A DNA stretch of 64,000 bases from Scenedesmus sp. PABB004 (Eukaryota): the NCBI GenBank assembly GCA_014905635.1, contig JABVCE010000047.1, forward strand, positions 1 through 64,000, read 5' to 3'. The notes below the pieces were generated by a model. It did not search any database, was not told where the DNA came from, and saw only the letters and a program-made list of their open reading frames with translations. Shown here one piece after another: positions 1 through 12,342 of this stretch. Each line of letters starts with the position of its first letter. Positions within the stretch are counted from its first letter, which is position 1. Position numbers and translations under genes: made by a program.

Positions 1-145
1 GCGGTCAGTTGGCGCCGCGCCGCCGCGACGCCGCGACGCCGTGGCACGGCGCCGGCCCCGATCACGCCGCCGCGGCACGCGCTCGCTGTCCCCCCGCGCG
101 CGCGGGCGGGCGGCGCGGAGGGGCGGCGCCCGGGCGCGCGCCCAC

Positions 146-243
146 CTGATGGCGAACGACATCGTCGCGATCAGCAGCAGCAGCAGCGTGCGCGACCCCC
201 AGCTCCACGCCTGGCTGCTCCCGGTGGCCACCATCGCCACCAT
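146..243 (-). CDS. STT3: First exon of a probable STT3 oligosaccharyltransferase catalytic subunit; gene continues off the left edge
   Basis: Minus-strand translation MVAMVATGSSQAWSWGSRTLLLLLIATMSFAIR, then AG|GTGGG donor at 145. Resembles the STT3 TM1 (..LLI.xLSFxIR) that precedes LFSVIKYESVIHEFDP. In-frame upstream ATG at 435 is an alternative start. Only about 30 aa are visible. Confidence 0.5.
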
Positions 244-628
244 CGTGGCGCCGCGAGCTGCCGGGCCCGCGCCTGCAGCGCTGGTGCCCCTGCTGCTGCT
301 CCTGATGAGCGACGCGCCGTGTGCTGCTGGCGCCGCTGCAGCGGCCGGGGCGAGCGGTGGGGCGCTGGCGCGGCAGGCGGGGACGATTTGGTGCCTGGAG
401 CACCGCGGCGTCACATCAAAACCGCGCCACGGCATGGCGCCGGCGCCGCGCGCGCGCGCCCGCCGCCGCACGCCCGACGCTAACCGCCCGGGCGCCCTCC
501 CTGGCCCGGATGCGGGAAGTGCATTGATTTCCATGCATTTGAGCCCCCGCCGGGCGACGGCGGGCGCGGGCCCGCGCTCGGACGCGGTCCGCGCGCCGCC
601 GCGTTCGCGCGCCCGCGCCCGCCTTGGC

Positions 629-1326
629 TCAGTACCGCGTCGGCCCGCTCGCGCCCTGCACGCGCCGGGTAGCCCGCCGGCGCGCCGGGGTAGGCCTGCT
701 GGTGGGGCGCCGCGGGGGCGGCGCCATACCCGGGGGTAGTAGGCCTGCTGCGCCTGTGGCACGCCCGGCTGCGCGCCGTACGGCGCGGCGGTCGGGTACT
801 GCTGCTGGCCGTACTGCGGCTGCTGCTGCTGGTGCACCGGCGCGCCCACGGGGGCCATCGCGACGCCGTAGCCGCCGGGCGGGACCTGCGCAGTGCGCGC
901 GGCGCGGGCGCGCGTGCGCCGGGGGTGAGCGGGTGAGTGAGCGGGCTGCGCGCAGCGCGGCGCCGCGCCCGCCGGCGGCCGCGGCGCGGGGCCACCGGCC
1001 GCGCCGCCGCGCGCGCGCGCCTTCTGCGCGGGCGGCCGTCCGCAGCAGCACATGCAGCAGAGCAGGCCGAGTGCGGTGAGGGCGCAGATCGCGCCCACGC
1101 CGGCGATGACGATGTGTGAGCGCGCGCAGTTGCGGTAGGGCACCGCGCAGACCGCGCGGTCGCGGAGGTACAGGGGGTTGTTGCGGCTGCAGGACACCAG
1201 CGCGCGGGAGCAGGGCACCGTCTTGGCGAGCCCCACCGCGATGAGCACGCCGGCCAGCACCAGCAGCACCGCGACCACGCCCCAGGTTATCTTGTTGCGC
1301 GCCGTGCCGCACCCGAGGTAGCCCAT
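629..1326 (-). CDS. Small 2-TM membrane protein with Cys-rich loop, CMCCC motif and Pro/Gly/Tyr/Gln-rich tail
   Basis: Exon 1 (1326-1021): MGYLGCGTARNKITWGVVAVLLVLAGVLIAVGLAK...HIVIAGVGAICALTALGLLCMCCCGRPPAQK. GC-AG intron 1020 to ~887. Exon 2: VPPGGYGVAMAPVGAPVHQQQQPQYGQQQYP. The 3' end is uncertain because of an apparent frameshift near 735. Confidence 0.6.
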
Positions 1327-1952
1327 GGCTGCCGGCGCTGCGGTGGTAAAAAAACGCTGCCGCCGCTGCCGGTGCTGCACCCGGCGGCGGCCGGCGCGGC
1401 AGCAGCGTCGGCGGGCCGCGCGCTGCCCCGCCGGCGCCGCCGCTGCTGCCGCCGCGACTAGAGAACGTTCGGCAGCCCCACAGCACGCGCCGCGCAGCCT
1501 GCGGGCTGCTCACCAGGGAGAGCTCGGGCAGCCTGCGACTGCTGCTGCTGCCGCGGCAACAACGCGCGTTGTCGGCGAGCGCACCGTGCCGACAGCGTGC
1601 ACGACACCGCGACCGAGCTGTGCGGACAGCGATGCGCGGCACGGGAGCCTGCGGGCGGCGCGGCAGGCGACCGGCCGAGCCCTGCACCCCGCGGCACCTG
1701 GCGGGCGCCGACGCGCCCTTTTGAGCAGGCACTGCCTTCCCGGGAGCAGGCGCCTGACCGACGAGCTCTGCCCACGCGCGCCTGGGCTCACGCGGCGCGG
1801 CGCGGCGCGGCGCGGCGCGGCAGCAGCGGCGGCACCCGGCGCGGCATCGCCTGCGCCGGCGGCCGCCCCTGTCCGACCTGCAGCTCGGCGGGGCTGCTCC
1901 GACATCGAGGCTTACGTGCCCAGCGCGCGCGGGCCCAGATCGGCGCCGCGCG

Positions 1953-4900
1953 ATGGCCGCGCACGCCGACCTGTCGGCGCTGCTCGGCGACCAGCAGCCG
2001 CCCAGCCTGGCGGCGCTGGAGGCGCTGCAGGCCCAGCTCCACGGCCTGATCGTGCAGCACCACGGCGCCGCCGCGGCGGCGGGCGTGCTCGGCCGGGCAC
2101 TCGCTGGCCTGCTCCCAGGCCAGGCGACGGCGCCCGCCGCCGCCGCGAAGCCGGTGCCGCCGCCGGGGCAGGCGGCGCCGCCGGCCAAGTCGGTGTCGTT
2201 TGGCGACGTGACGGTCGCCCAGTTTGAGGCGCCGCCCGAGGCGCCGCTCGGCGCGGCCTCGCGCGCGCGATCAGCGAGGGCAGCAGCCTCGGGCGCAGCT
2301 CCTCGGCGGCGAGCGAGCTGAGCGACTCTGGCAGCCAGGCGGCGTCCGACGCGAGCAGCAGGAGCCGCCAGCGCTGGCAGCGCGCCGTCGCGCACGTGCT
2401 GGCCCGCACCACGGCCGACCCCTGGGCCTCGCGCCGGCTGCACGCGCTGCCGATGGAGGTCGCGGTGCGGCACCGCTACACCGCCGCGGGGCGGCACTGG
2501 GTCAAGGACACCGGTGCGCGCCCCTGCCCCTGCCCCTGCCTGCCGGCGCCGGCGGCGCCACGCAGCGCGCGCCCCGCGCCCCGCCCTGCCGCCCCGCCGG
2601 CCGCGCCCCGCCGGCCGCGCCCCGCCCCGCGCCGCCCCCGCGCCGCCGCCCCCACGTCGCCCCCCCCCCCCCATCACCCCCGCCACCCCCGCCCGCAGTG
2701 CTGGTGCGCATGGAGGGGCGGCCCTTTGCCGCGGGCGCGATGCGGGAGTGCTACGCCCTGAAGAAGCTCTCCACCTTTTCGTCATCCGTCGCCAGGCGCG
2801 TTACGCGCGTGTGGACAGAGGGACAGGGGGAGAGGGATGGGGAGGGGGGGGGGGGGGGCGCGGCGCCCGGCAGAACGCGCGGGCACGGCGCGACACGCTG
2901 CGCGCCGAGGCGCCGCCGCGGCGCGCGCAGGGACTGGCGTCAGGCGCACAACTTTGTGGCCAAGCGCTACAAGCGCCCCGTGAGGCTACACAGAGCGCGG
3001 GGGGGCGGGGGGGGGGGGGGGTCGCTGCTCTGCGCGCGCTCACGCCAGCACACGCCACAGCACACGCACGCACGCGCCCACGTGGCCCCCGCCCCCGCCA
3101 CGCCCGCCAGGTCGACCGTGGCGTGTACTTTGCGGACGTGGTGCTGCAGATGGATGCAAAGTACCTGGGTGCGTGTGGGTGACGTGTGCGTGTGACATGG
3201 GTGTGTGACGTGTGCGCGTGACATGGGTGTGTGCGTGGGACATGTGCGCGTGAATGTGCGTGGCACATGTGTGTGCGTGCCTCCGCCGTGCGCCCCCCCC
3301 CCCCCCCCCCCCCACACACACACACTGCCCCCCCCCCACACACACTGCTCCCCTAAACCCTAAAACCTAAAACCTAAACCCTCCCCCCCCCCCAGGTGAC
3401 GCCTACTCCAAGATCCCCGGCGTCCCCAAGAAGGTCGACTTTGTGCAGGCGGCGCTGCTCGAGTGAGCCAGGCCGCGCCGCCGGCCGCGCGGCACAGCCC
3501 CAGCAGCAGCTGGGCTGCCCCGATCGGAGGAGGAGGGGGGAAGGGGCATGGGGCAGCGCCGACGCGGGGGCCCTGCGCGCGGCGGCGGCGCGGCCGCGCG
3601 CTGAGCGGGCCCCTCGCCGCCGCGGCCACGCCGCGCGCAGGATGCGCGACCGCCCCGGCCGGCCCGTGCTCGCGGTGGAGCGGCTGATCGAGGGTGCGCG
3701 GCACGCGCGGCGCGCGGCGGCCGCGCCGCGGCCGCCGGCTGCGCCGCCCGGCCCCGCCGCGCCCCGCTCCACAGCAGCCAAGCCCGCCCGCCCGCCTCCT
3801 ATACACACCACCCCCCCCCCACCCCCGCAGGCGCGTACGTCAAGTACAACAGCAACAGCGGCTACGTCGCAGCGCCGCCGCTGCCGGGGCCCGACGCCGC
3901 CGCCGACGCGGCAGCAGGCGCCGCCGCCGCCGCCGGCGCGGAGGGCGGCGGCGGCGGCGGCGGCGGCGCGCTGCTGCACAGCCCGAGCACCGTCGCGGCG
4001 GAGCTCGCGCTGCGGCACACGCCGCAGACGTTCTCGCACTTTACGTTTGAGTTCACCAAGGCGCGCGACCGCGACGCGCGGCGCCCGCCTGCTGGGCGGC
4101 CCGCGCGCCGCGCCCCGCGCCCCGTGGCCCGCGCCCCACCCTCGCGCCTGAACCCCGCCCCTCAAAACGCGCCGCGCACCCCCCGCAGGGCGCCGCGCTG
4201 TGCGTCGACATCCAGGGCGTCGGCGACCTGTGAGCCCCGGCGGGGGGCGGCGGCGCGCGCGCGGCGCCAGCCCGCGACGCGCCCGTGGGGTGCTGGCGTG
4301 CCCGCCGCCTCAGCCCTTGCATTCAAACCAACCCGCCGCATCCCCCCGCCCCCCTACTCTCCCTCCTCCCCCCTGCAGGTACACGGACCCTCAGATCCAC
4401 ACCCTCGATGGCACCGGCTACGGCGACGGCAACCTCGCGCTGCGCGGTGCGCGCGCGCCCGCGCCGGCGCCCCGGCCCGGCGGGCCCGGGCGGCCGCCGC
4501 GGTTGCTGCAGCCTCGGCGCGCCGCGCTAGCTCTCTGCCCCCCCCCCCTCCCTCCCTGACCCCTGCTGCCACACCCAAAATCCACACGCGCCCGCGCCCG
4601 CCCCCTGCCCTGCGTGGCCCGCCCCGCCGCACCCGCCAGGCATGGCGCTGTTTTTCCGGACCCACGAGTGCAACCCGCTCTGCGGCGAGCTCGGGCTGCG
4701 CCCGTTTGCGCGCTGCGCGCAGGACGTCGCCGCGCAGGGCTACGCGAGCGCGGGCAGCAGCTCGGACGCGAGTGGCACGCTCTTCCGCAGCTTCGGACGC
4801 CACACCAGGTGCGCGCGCCGCGCGGTGGCGGCGCGAGCGACGCCGCGCGCTGCGCGCTGCGCGCCGCCCGCTGCGGCGCCGGCCGGGCCCGCCGGACGCG

Positions 4901-5417
4901 GCGCCACGTTGCCGCCGCCGCCGCCGCCGCAGCGTGGCGGACCGCCTGCTCGCGCAGCGCGCCGCGGCGGCGACGCGCGGCCCGGTGCACGGCACGGACG
5001 CGCTGCTGGCGGCGCTGGAGCGCGTGCCTGCGGCGCCCGAGCCGGACGCGCTGGTGCACTGGGAGGTTGCGCGGCTCTACGCTGAGACGGTCACGCTGCC
5101 GGAGCTGCGGCCCAACGAGGCGCGGCGCCGGCGGCCCTGGGGCGCCGCGCGGTTCAGGGGGCGCGCGCACGCGTGCCCTCACGCCGCGCGGCGGCGGGCG
5201 CACCGCGGCCTCACGCCCCCCGCCCCTTCCCCGGCGCCCGCCGCACGCCTGCAGGACCCCGACGACGCGCGGGTGGGCGGGCTGTTCCACCTGCTCACAG
5301 CTGCGGCGCGCGGCGTGGCGCTGGCGCAGCTCGTGCTCGCGTGGTGAGGCGCCGGCCCGCCGGCCCGCAGCGCCGCCCGCCGCGACGCGACGCGCTGGGC
5401 GCACGCCGACACGCGCA

Positions 5418-5450
<33 letters not shown>

Positions 5451-6527
5451 TGCCTGCAGCGGGCACATGGGCCTGCAGCCAAACTCCACGCAGCTCGCGC
5501 ACCTGCTCACGGAGGCGCGGCGCAGCGGCGACTTCACGCCCGCGCCGCGCCTGGCGCTGCGCTACACGCAGCTCGCGGCCGAGCGCGGCGTGCTCGGCGC
5601 GGCGGCGGCGCTGGGGCACGCGTACGCGACCGGTGCGTGCGTGGCCGGGGCGGCGCACGCCAGCCGCCACGCGCCCTGGCGCCGCTCCCCCCCCCCCCCT
5701 GCCCCTCACACACGCGCACCACCCCCCCCTCCCCCCCCTCACACACACACACACACACACGCGCACGCGCAGGCGGCGGCGTGGGCGAGGGCCTGCTGAC
5801 GCGGCCGTACCCCGCCCACGCGGCGCGCTGGCTGCGCGTCGCGCTCGGCCAGCCGCCCGACGGCGGCGGCGGCGGCGACGGCGAGGACGAGTTTGGCGCG
5901 CTGCCCGACGGCCTCAACCCGCGCAGCGGTGGCGGCGCGCGCCGCGGCGGCACGGCGACGCCGCCGCGCGGCGGCACGGCCACGCCGCCGCGCGGCGGCG
6001 GCGGCGCGCCGAGCCCCGCCCCGGCGTTGCGCCGCGGCGGCGCGGGGTGCGTGAGCTTCCGCGCCGCGCCCGCGGGCTCGCCGTGCGCGCTCGGCGACGA
6101 CGGCGTCGCGGTGGGCAGCCTCTTCACGCTGGCCGACCAGCTCTCGGCCGCTGCGACCGCCGCGCTCGCGGCGGCGCGGGGCGTCTTTGACGACGCGGCC
6201 GCCGAGGAGGCGCGCCTGCTGCCGGGCGGCGGCCGCGCGCGGCACGAGCTGCTCGCGGAGCTCGCCGAGCTCCTGCTCGCGGGCGGCGCCGGCCCGGAGC
6301 CGGCCGACCCCGGCGCGGCAGAGGCGGGCGGCGGCGGGAGCGAGGGCGGCGGCGCGCCTGACAGCGGCACTGCGCCGGCGCTGCTGCCGGGCCTCGCGCC
6401 CGACGCCGCCGCGGCCGCGGCGCTCTTCACCGAGGCCGCCGAGGCCGCGGCCGCCGCGGGCAGGGGCAAGGCCAGCGCGGCGCTCTGGGAGCGCGCCGCC
6501 GCGGCCGAGGCCGCCGCCGACGAGTGA
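1953..6527 (+). CDS. EEF2K: Alpha-kinase of the eukaryotic elongation factor 2 kinase type with C-terminal SEL1-like helical repeats (about 15 exons)
   Basis: Spliced motifs: DPWASRRLHALPMEVAVRHRY; PFAAGAMRECYALKK; NFVAKRY; YFADVVLQMDAK; VERLIEG-YVKYNSNSG; TPQTFSHFTFE; VDIQGVGDL-YTDPQIHT..GDGNL; MALFFRTHECNPLC (Zn site). Tail [27 protein letters not shown]. Start uncertain; apparent frameshift near 2250. Confidence 0.92.
3351..3382 (+). repeat. Interstitial telomere-like repeat (CCCTAAA/CCTAAAA, about 4 copies) at an intron 3' end
   Basis: ccctaaaccctaaaacctaaaacctaaaccct, followed by poly-C and the CAG acceptor. Confidence 0.65.
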
Positions 6528-6857
6528 GCCGGGGCGGGGTTCAGGCCCCGCGGGCGACGAGTGAGCCCTGCGAGGCGCTTTGCGAGTGACGCTCGTCGCC
6601 GCCGCCCGGCCGCTGCCCCGGCCGCTGCACACACACGCTGCGCCCCGACCGCTGCGCGCCAGGCGCCCCTGCCCGCCGCCGCAACGGCAGCGCCGAGCGC
6701 CCGCGAGCCACCGGCGGCATTCCAGCTCCCAGCGGGCGCGCCAGTGCGCGAGCGCGCTTCCGTCCGTAGCGCTGCTTATTGGTGCCGTCGGCGGGGTCAG
6801 GGGGCACCAAGGGGAGCAGAGAGGCGAGGCTGGTCGGTTTTGCCCGTTGCGCCCGCC

Positions 6858-7351
6858 ATGAGCAATCGGGCGATGTGCGCGGTGGCGCTGCTGCTTCTTC
6901 TAGCCCTCACCAGGTCGGGCGCGCTGCGGCGGAGCCAGCAGCGGCGGCGCCAGGCGGCGGCGGCAGCTGCGCGCGCCTGCCAGGCTCACCCCGCACGCCC
7001 GCCGCCCCTGACCGCCGCAGCGCCCACGCCGCGGCGGTGCTGGCGCGCGAGCCCAAGGCGGTCACGCCGCACGGCGAGCTGCCACTCTGCTCGGCGCAGC
7101 GCACGGCCGACGGCACGTGGCGCTGGGGCGACGAGGCGGCGCTGCTGGCCTGGGAGCGCAGCCAGGGCGCGGCGGCGGCGGCGGGCGTGGAGCGCTGCAC
7201 GGGGCTGGAGAGCTCGGCCGCGGCGCCGCGCTGCTGGGCGGGCGACGGCAGCGTGTACAGCGGGCGGGTCTTCGCCGAGCTGAGCTGTTTCTCCGAGGCG
7301 CCCAACTGCTGGACCAACCCCGACGGCACCGAGGCGTGCGTGGGGCGGTGA
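6858..7351 (+). CDS. Small secreted Cys/Trp-rich protein of unknown function (2 exons)
   Basis: Exon 1 (6858-6913) is a signal peptide, MSNRAMCAVALLLLLALTS. GT-AG intron 6914-7020. Exon 2 has 6 Cys (LPLC, ERC, PRCW, LSCF, PNCW, EACV). TGTAA at 7366. Confidence 0.75.
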
Positions 7352-7890
7352 CGGCGGCGGGGGCATGTAACCACACGTAACCCGGCGACCAGCCCGCGCA
7401 GCCGCTCTCATGCACACTACCCCGAGGTGGCGCGCGCCTCGACCGCCGCGCGCCCGCTGACCGCCACCAGGGATTGTGCTGCTGCGCCCGCCAGCGCTCG
7501 CGCCTCGCGCGACAGCGCTCCTCCCCTCCTCACGCAGGAGGCCTGCAGCAGCCTAACGCGCGGCCAGCCCACCAGCCCTCCAATAACGCGCGTCGGCAGT
7601 CCGGACGGATCCACACCAGGCCGGCAAAACGCATGCGATGTTGCAGCACGCGTGCTGCTGCGCGCGGCGCGCTGCCCACGTGGGTGGCGGCCGGCACTCA
7701 CACCGCCGCTGCCGGCGGCGGCGCGCAATCGACAGGCATGCAGGCAGGCAGTCAAGACAAGGACACCGCGGTGGCGGCGGCCGGCGCGCGCCGCCACGCG
7801 ACAAGCCCCGCCCGCGACTGAAGTGCTGTCCCACGCCCGCCGCCCCGGGCCGGCGGCCCCTCGCACCGACCCCGCCCCGCGCCCTGCCCC

Positions 7891-10748
7891 TCAGCGCGCG
7901 CGCGCCGGCGTCTCGGCGCCCGCCGCGGGTGCGGGCGCGGCCGCCGCCGCCGCCGCGCTGCGGCGCCGCACGGTGGTCGGCAGCCCGTTCTTGGGCACGC
8001 GGCCGATCTGCGGCGCGCGCGCGCGCGGGCAGAGTGGGGCGCCCGCGCCGTGCCCGCGCCCGCGCCGTCCGCCCTCGCCGCATCGTGCCCCACTGCCCCC
8101 CCCCCCCCCCGCCTCTCCGCCTCCCGCGCACCTCCTGGCGCCAGGCGGTGTTTGTGTCGGCGTCAAAGTCGTAGTCCCGCGCCAGCAGCGCCAGGAAGGT
8201 CTTCATCTCAGCCATCGCCTGCGCCGGCGGCGGGGCAGCCGGGGAGAGGGAAGAGGTGCGGCGGGCCGGCGCCGGGCGGGCGGGCGCGCCCGGCCGCCGC
8301 CGCGCCGCGCGCCGCACCAGGGCGTAGCCGGCGCAGAAGCGCGGGCCGTGGCCGAACGCTGCGGCGGCGGCGGCGGCAAGGCGGCAAGGCGGCGGCGTGG
8401 GCGCCGCGCGGGCGGCCGGCGGGCGGCCGCGGCGCGGCGCGGCGCCGCACGGCGGCGCGCGCTCACGCATGAGCGCGCCGGGGCGCTGCCCCTCCGGGGT
8501 GAGCATGCGGGCGGGCCGGAAGGCGGCGGGGTCGTCGTCGGCCCAGCGCGCGTCGCGCAGCGCCACGTCGCTCAGCGCCAGATAGAGCGTCGACCCCGCC
8601 GGCACGCTGCGCGGCGCGGCACGGCGCGGCGCGGGGGCTGGGCGCGGGCGCGCCGGGCGCCGGCGGGACGGCGGCGCGAGCGCGGCGGCGCGCGGCGGCG
8701 CGGCGAGGCGGCGAGCAGCGTGGCGGCGCGGCGCACCGGTAGCCGCCGAGCTCAAAGTCCTTGGCCGCGCTGCGCATGAGCCCCACGACCACGTTGTTCA
8801 GGCGCAGCGTCTCGCTGCGCGCGGCCGGGGGCGGGGCCGCGCGGCCGCGGGGCGCGCGCGGTCAGCGGGCGCGGCCGCCGCGCGGAGGGCCGAGGCCGCG
8901 CGCGGCGCGGGCCCGCGCGCGCGCCGCGCCCCGGGGCCCGTCGCGGCGCCGCCCCGCACCGGATGACCGCCTCTGCGTAGTGCATCTCCCGCAGCGCCGC
9001 GCCGTCGATGGCCGCGCCGCGCCGCGCGACGAGCGCGGCCTGCTCCGCGCGCAGCTGCGCCATCGCCTCGGGGTGGTCCTGCGACGCGACGCGGCGGGGG
9101 CACGCGCGTGGGCGTGGGCGCGCGGGCGCGGGGCGCCCAGCACGCACGCACGCACGCACGTGCGCAAGCGCGCGCCGCCGCCGCGCGCCGCCGCCGGCGC
9201 CGTGCCTGCAGGTTGACGAGGACGTTTGTGAGGGTGGTGCTGCTGGTGTCGTGCCTGCGCGCGGCGGGCCCGGCGCGGGGGCGCAGGGCGCGTGGGCGCG
9301 GGGCGCGTCGGCGGCGGCCGGCGCGCGCAGGCGCGCGGCGCGCGGGCGTCCGTGCCGCGCCCGCCGCGCCCGCGCGCACCCGGCGAGCAGCACCAGCAGC
9401 AGGTTGTCCCCGAGCTCGACGTCGCTCAGGGTGCGGCCCTCGTCGTCGACCGCGCCCACGAGCGCGCCGAGCACGCCCGGCACGGCCCGCCCCGCGGCGA
9501 GGTCGGCGCGCGCGCGCTCGACGGCGCCGGCGAAGAAGGCCAGCAGCTCGCGCCGCGCCGCCATCGCGCGGCCAAAGGGCGTGAAGGGCAGGTCGAGGAA
9601 GGGCCACGCGAGCAGGCCGCCCGTCCAGGCGCTAAAGAGGTTGCTGAGGCGGTCAATCGTGGACGCGTCGTAGTCGGCGCCCATGACGATCGCGACGATG
9701 AACTCAAACGTCATGCGCCGCAGCTCCTCGTGCGCCAGCACGCGCGGCGCGCCTGCTCGGCCGGCGGGCGACGCGGCGGGCGACGCGGCGGCGGGGGCGG
9801 CGGCGGGGGCTCAGCGGGCACCAGCGGGCACAAGCGGGCCGCCCGGGCGCCGCCGCCGTGCCCCCTAGGCCGCGTCGCCGCCGCACCCGCCCACTTGTCG
9901 AGGTAGGTGCGCAGCACGCGCTCCATGCGCGGCACCTGGGGCGGGCGCGCGGAGGAGGAGGAGGAGCAAGGGCGGGCGGGGGCGCCGTGAGCACGCTCGC
10001 GCGCCCGGCCGCGCCGCGCCGCGCCGGCCAAGCGCGGCCGGGGGCCAGCGCCGCGCGCCGCGCGCCGCGCGCCTGGGCCTCAATCGCCTCGGGCGCAAAC
10101 GCGGGCATGATGAGCGCGCGCAGGTACTTGTGCCGCGGCTCGGGGGACATGAGCAGGTTGGACCCGCCGACGAGCTTGCCTGCGCGCGGGCGCGGGGGGC
10201 GCGGGCGGCGCGCGCGTGCGCGGCGGCGACGGCGGCGGCGGCGGCGGCGGCGGCAGCGCCGCGCGCGCGGGGCAGCCACGGGGTGCCGCGCGGCGCGCGC
10301 TTTGCTCACGGCTGCCGAGCAGGGACGCCGCCGACACGGTGACGCTGCCGTCGGCCTCGCCGTTGAAGACCTTGCGCACGAGCTCCGGGTCGCCCACGAC
10401 CAGCTGGTCGGGCAGGCCCAGCCCTGCCTGGTCGGCGACGACGCTGTGGGGGCCGAGCGCCCCGCGTTGGTAGTCGAGGGGCGCAAAGAGCTGCCGCACG
10501 CGCTCGTGCCAGCGCGTGCCCGCCGGCGGTGGCGCGGGCAGCGCGGCGAGGAAGGGGCAGGCGCCGCCCGCCGCCTCCTGCTCCCCGACCGGCGCGCTGC
10601 TGGGGGCGGCAGCAGCGGTCCGCAGGCCGGCTGCGTGGCGGCGGTGGCGCGGCCGCCGCGCAGCAGCGCCGCCGGCGGCCAGCCTGGCGCCGCCGCTGCG
10701 GGGGGCCAGGCCGCCGGGCCGCGCGGCGACCACGCGGTCCGCCAGCAT
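7891..10748 (-). CDS. Cytochrome P450 (CYP85-clan/CYP120-like), about 11 exons
   Basis: I-helix LLAG-HDTS, K-helix ETLR, PERF-like FRPAR, heme motif FGHGPRFCAG, and HKYLRALIMPAF. N-terminus is transit-peptide-like. Confidence 0.93.
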
Positions 10749-11155
10749 CTTGCCCGCGTGCAGCGCCGCTGGGCCTGGCGTGTGGCGCGCGCGGCGGGGA
10801 GCTGCGAGAGCCCGCTGCAGGCGAGGCTGCTGCTCCTGTCGCTGCGCGACGTCGCCTCCCGGTACGCGTCAGAGTGACGGGCGTGCGGGCGAGGTGCTGT
10901 GGGCGCGGGCGGGGAGCGCGGGGCGGGCTACGTGCGCGCGGCGAGACCGCGTCTAGCAGTGTCTCGCATACACTGTCATCATCATCGCGCGTGTGCGTGT
11001 TCTCAGTCCCGGCGTGTTCACCGTTGCAGACCGAGCGACTGGACACACGCCCACACAGCCACACGCGGCGAGCTGCGGCGCCACGCCGCACGCCCGCCGC
11101 GGCGCCGCACGGCGCCGCACGGCGCCGCACGGCGCCGCGCCTCGCCGGCTCGGGC

Positions 11156-11988
11156 TCAGGCCTTGCCGCCGCTCTTCTTCCAGGGCTTGTTCTTCCACAG
11201 CCACACGCCGCCGGCGACGACCAGCACGACGATGGGCACCGCGATCGCGGCGTCCTTCGCGGTCACGCGGTCGTCCTTGCCGAGGTGGTCGTTGATCGCC
11301 TTGTTCACGCCCTTGCTCGTCTTGTCGACGGTGTTGTTGGTCTTGTCCACCGCCTGGCCGGGCAGGCGCGGGCGGCGAGAGGGGCCGGCGTGAGCGGGCA
11401 CCGCGGGCCGCGAGGTGCGCGGGCGCGCCGCCGCTGCTCGCGGCCGGTGACGCCGCCGCGCTGTGCCGGGGCGGCTGCGCCAGAGGCCCCCGTGCGTGGA
11501 CTGGGGCCCGTGGCGCCGTCGGCGCGCCGGCAGCGCCGGGCGCGAGCGGCGGCAGGGTGGAGTACGCGCACCTGGTTGACGGTCTTCTTGACCTCCTTGG
11601 AGCTCTTCTTGATGTCGCCGCTCACGTTCTTCAGCACCTGCGAGCGGGGGGCCGCGTGAGCAGCATCTTCAGTGCGTGCGTTGGCTTTGGCGGCCGGGGC
11701 GGCGTGCCCTGCAGGCGGCGTGCAGGCGGCGCCTGCGCCGCCGCCCGCCGGCGCCCCGCCAGACCGGCAGCCGGGCTCATTGACTCGCACAGCTCTGGGG
11801 CGTCCGCCAAGCGCGTCACGGTGCCGCGGCGGGCGCCGATCGCGCGGGGCGGGCACCCAGATGCCGGGGCAGTCCCGTGCATGCATGCCCTGGGAGCGCT
11901 GGCCCGCGCGAGCACCACCCCGTACCTTCTCGGCCTTCCCGGCGACCTTGTCCACCTTCGCCTCCACCTTGCTGCTGCCCTGGCCCAT
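11156..11988 (-). CDS. Small Lys/Val-rich protein with N-myristoylation motif and C-terminal TM anchor (3 exons)
   Basis: MGQGSSKVEAKVDKVAGKAEK | VLKNVSGDIKKSSKEVKKTVNQ | AVDKTNNTVDKTSKGVNKAINDHLGKDDRVTAKDAAIAVPIVVLVVAGGVWLWKNKPWKKSGGKA. Clean GT-AG introns and strong coding bias. Confidence 0.8.
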
Positions 11989-12342
11989 GGTGCTCTGCGA
12001 CTGGAGGTGCTGCGGAGCGGGTGGGCTCGCGCGAGCGGCGCGGCGGTGCGTGGCGTGGAGATCGGGGCAGAGGGCGAGCGTTCAGCGGAGCGCTGAGCGC
12101 GTTGCTGTCTCCAGGAGCACAGTCACCCGGCCGTCACCCGCCTGCTCTGCTGCTCCGCCTCCTCCAGGAGCACACCGCGCGCCGCAGCGCCCGCCGAACG
12201 CCTCCCCGGCCGCCGAGACCGCGATCTCTGCGCGGGACCGCCCCGCGCTGCGCACTCGTTACCCGCGCTCACCGCGCGCGGGCCGCGCTGCGCCGGACGG
12301 CGCCGCCGCCGCTGCGGCCGCGCGCAGGCGCGGGCCCCTCAC

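Noticed and set aside
3170..3345. Degenerate GTGACATG/GT-rich and poly-C tract in an eEF2K intron
   Set aside because: Low-complexity microsatellite decay with no structure or boxes indicating an ncRNA.
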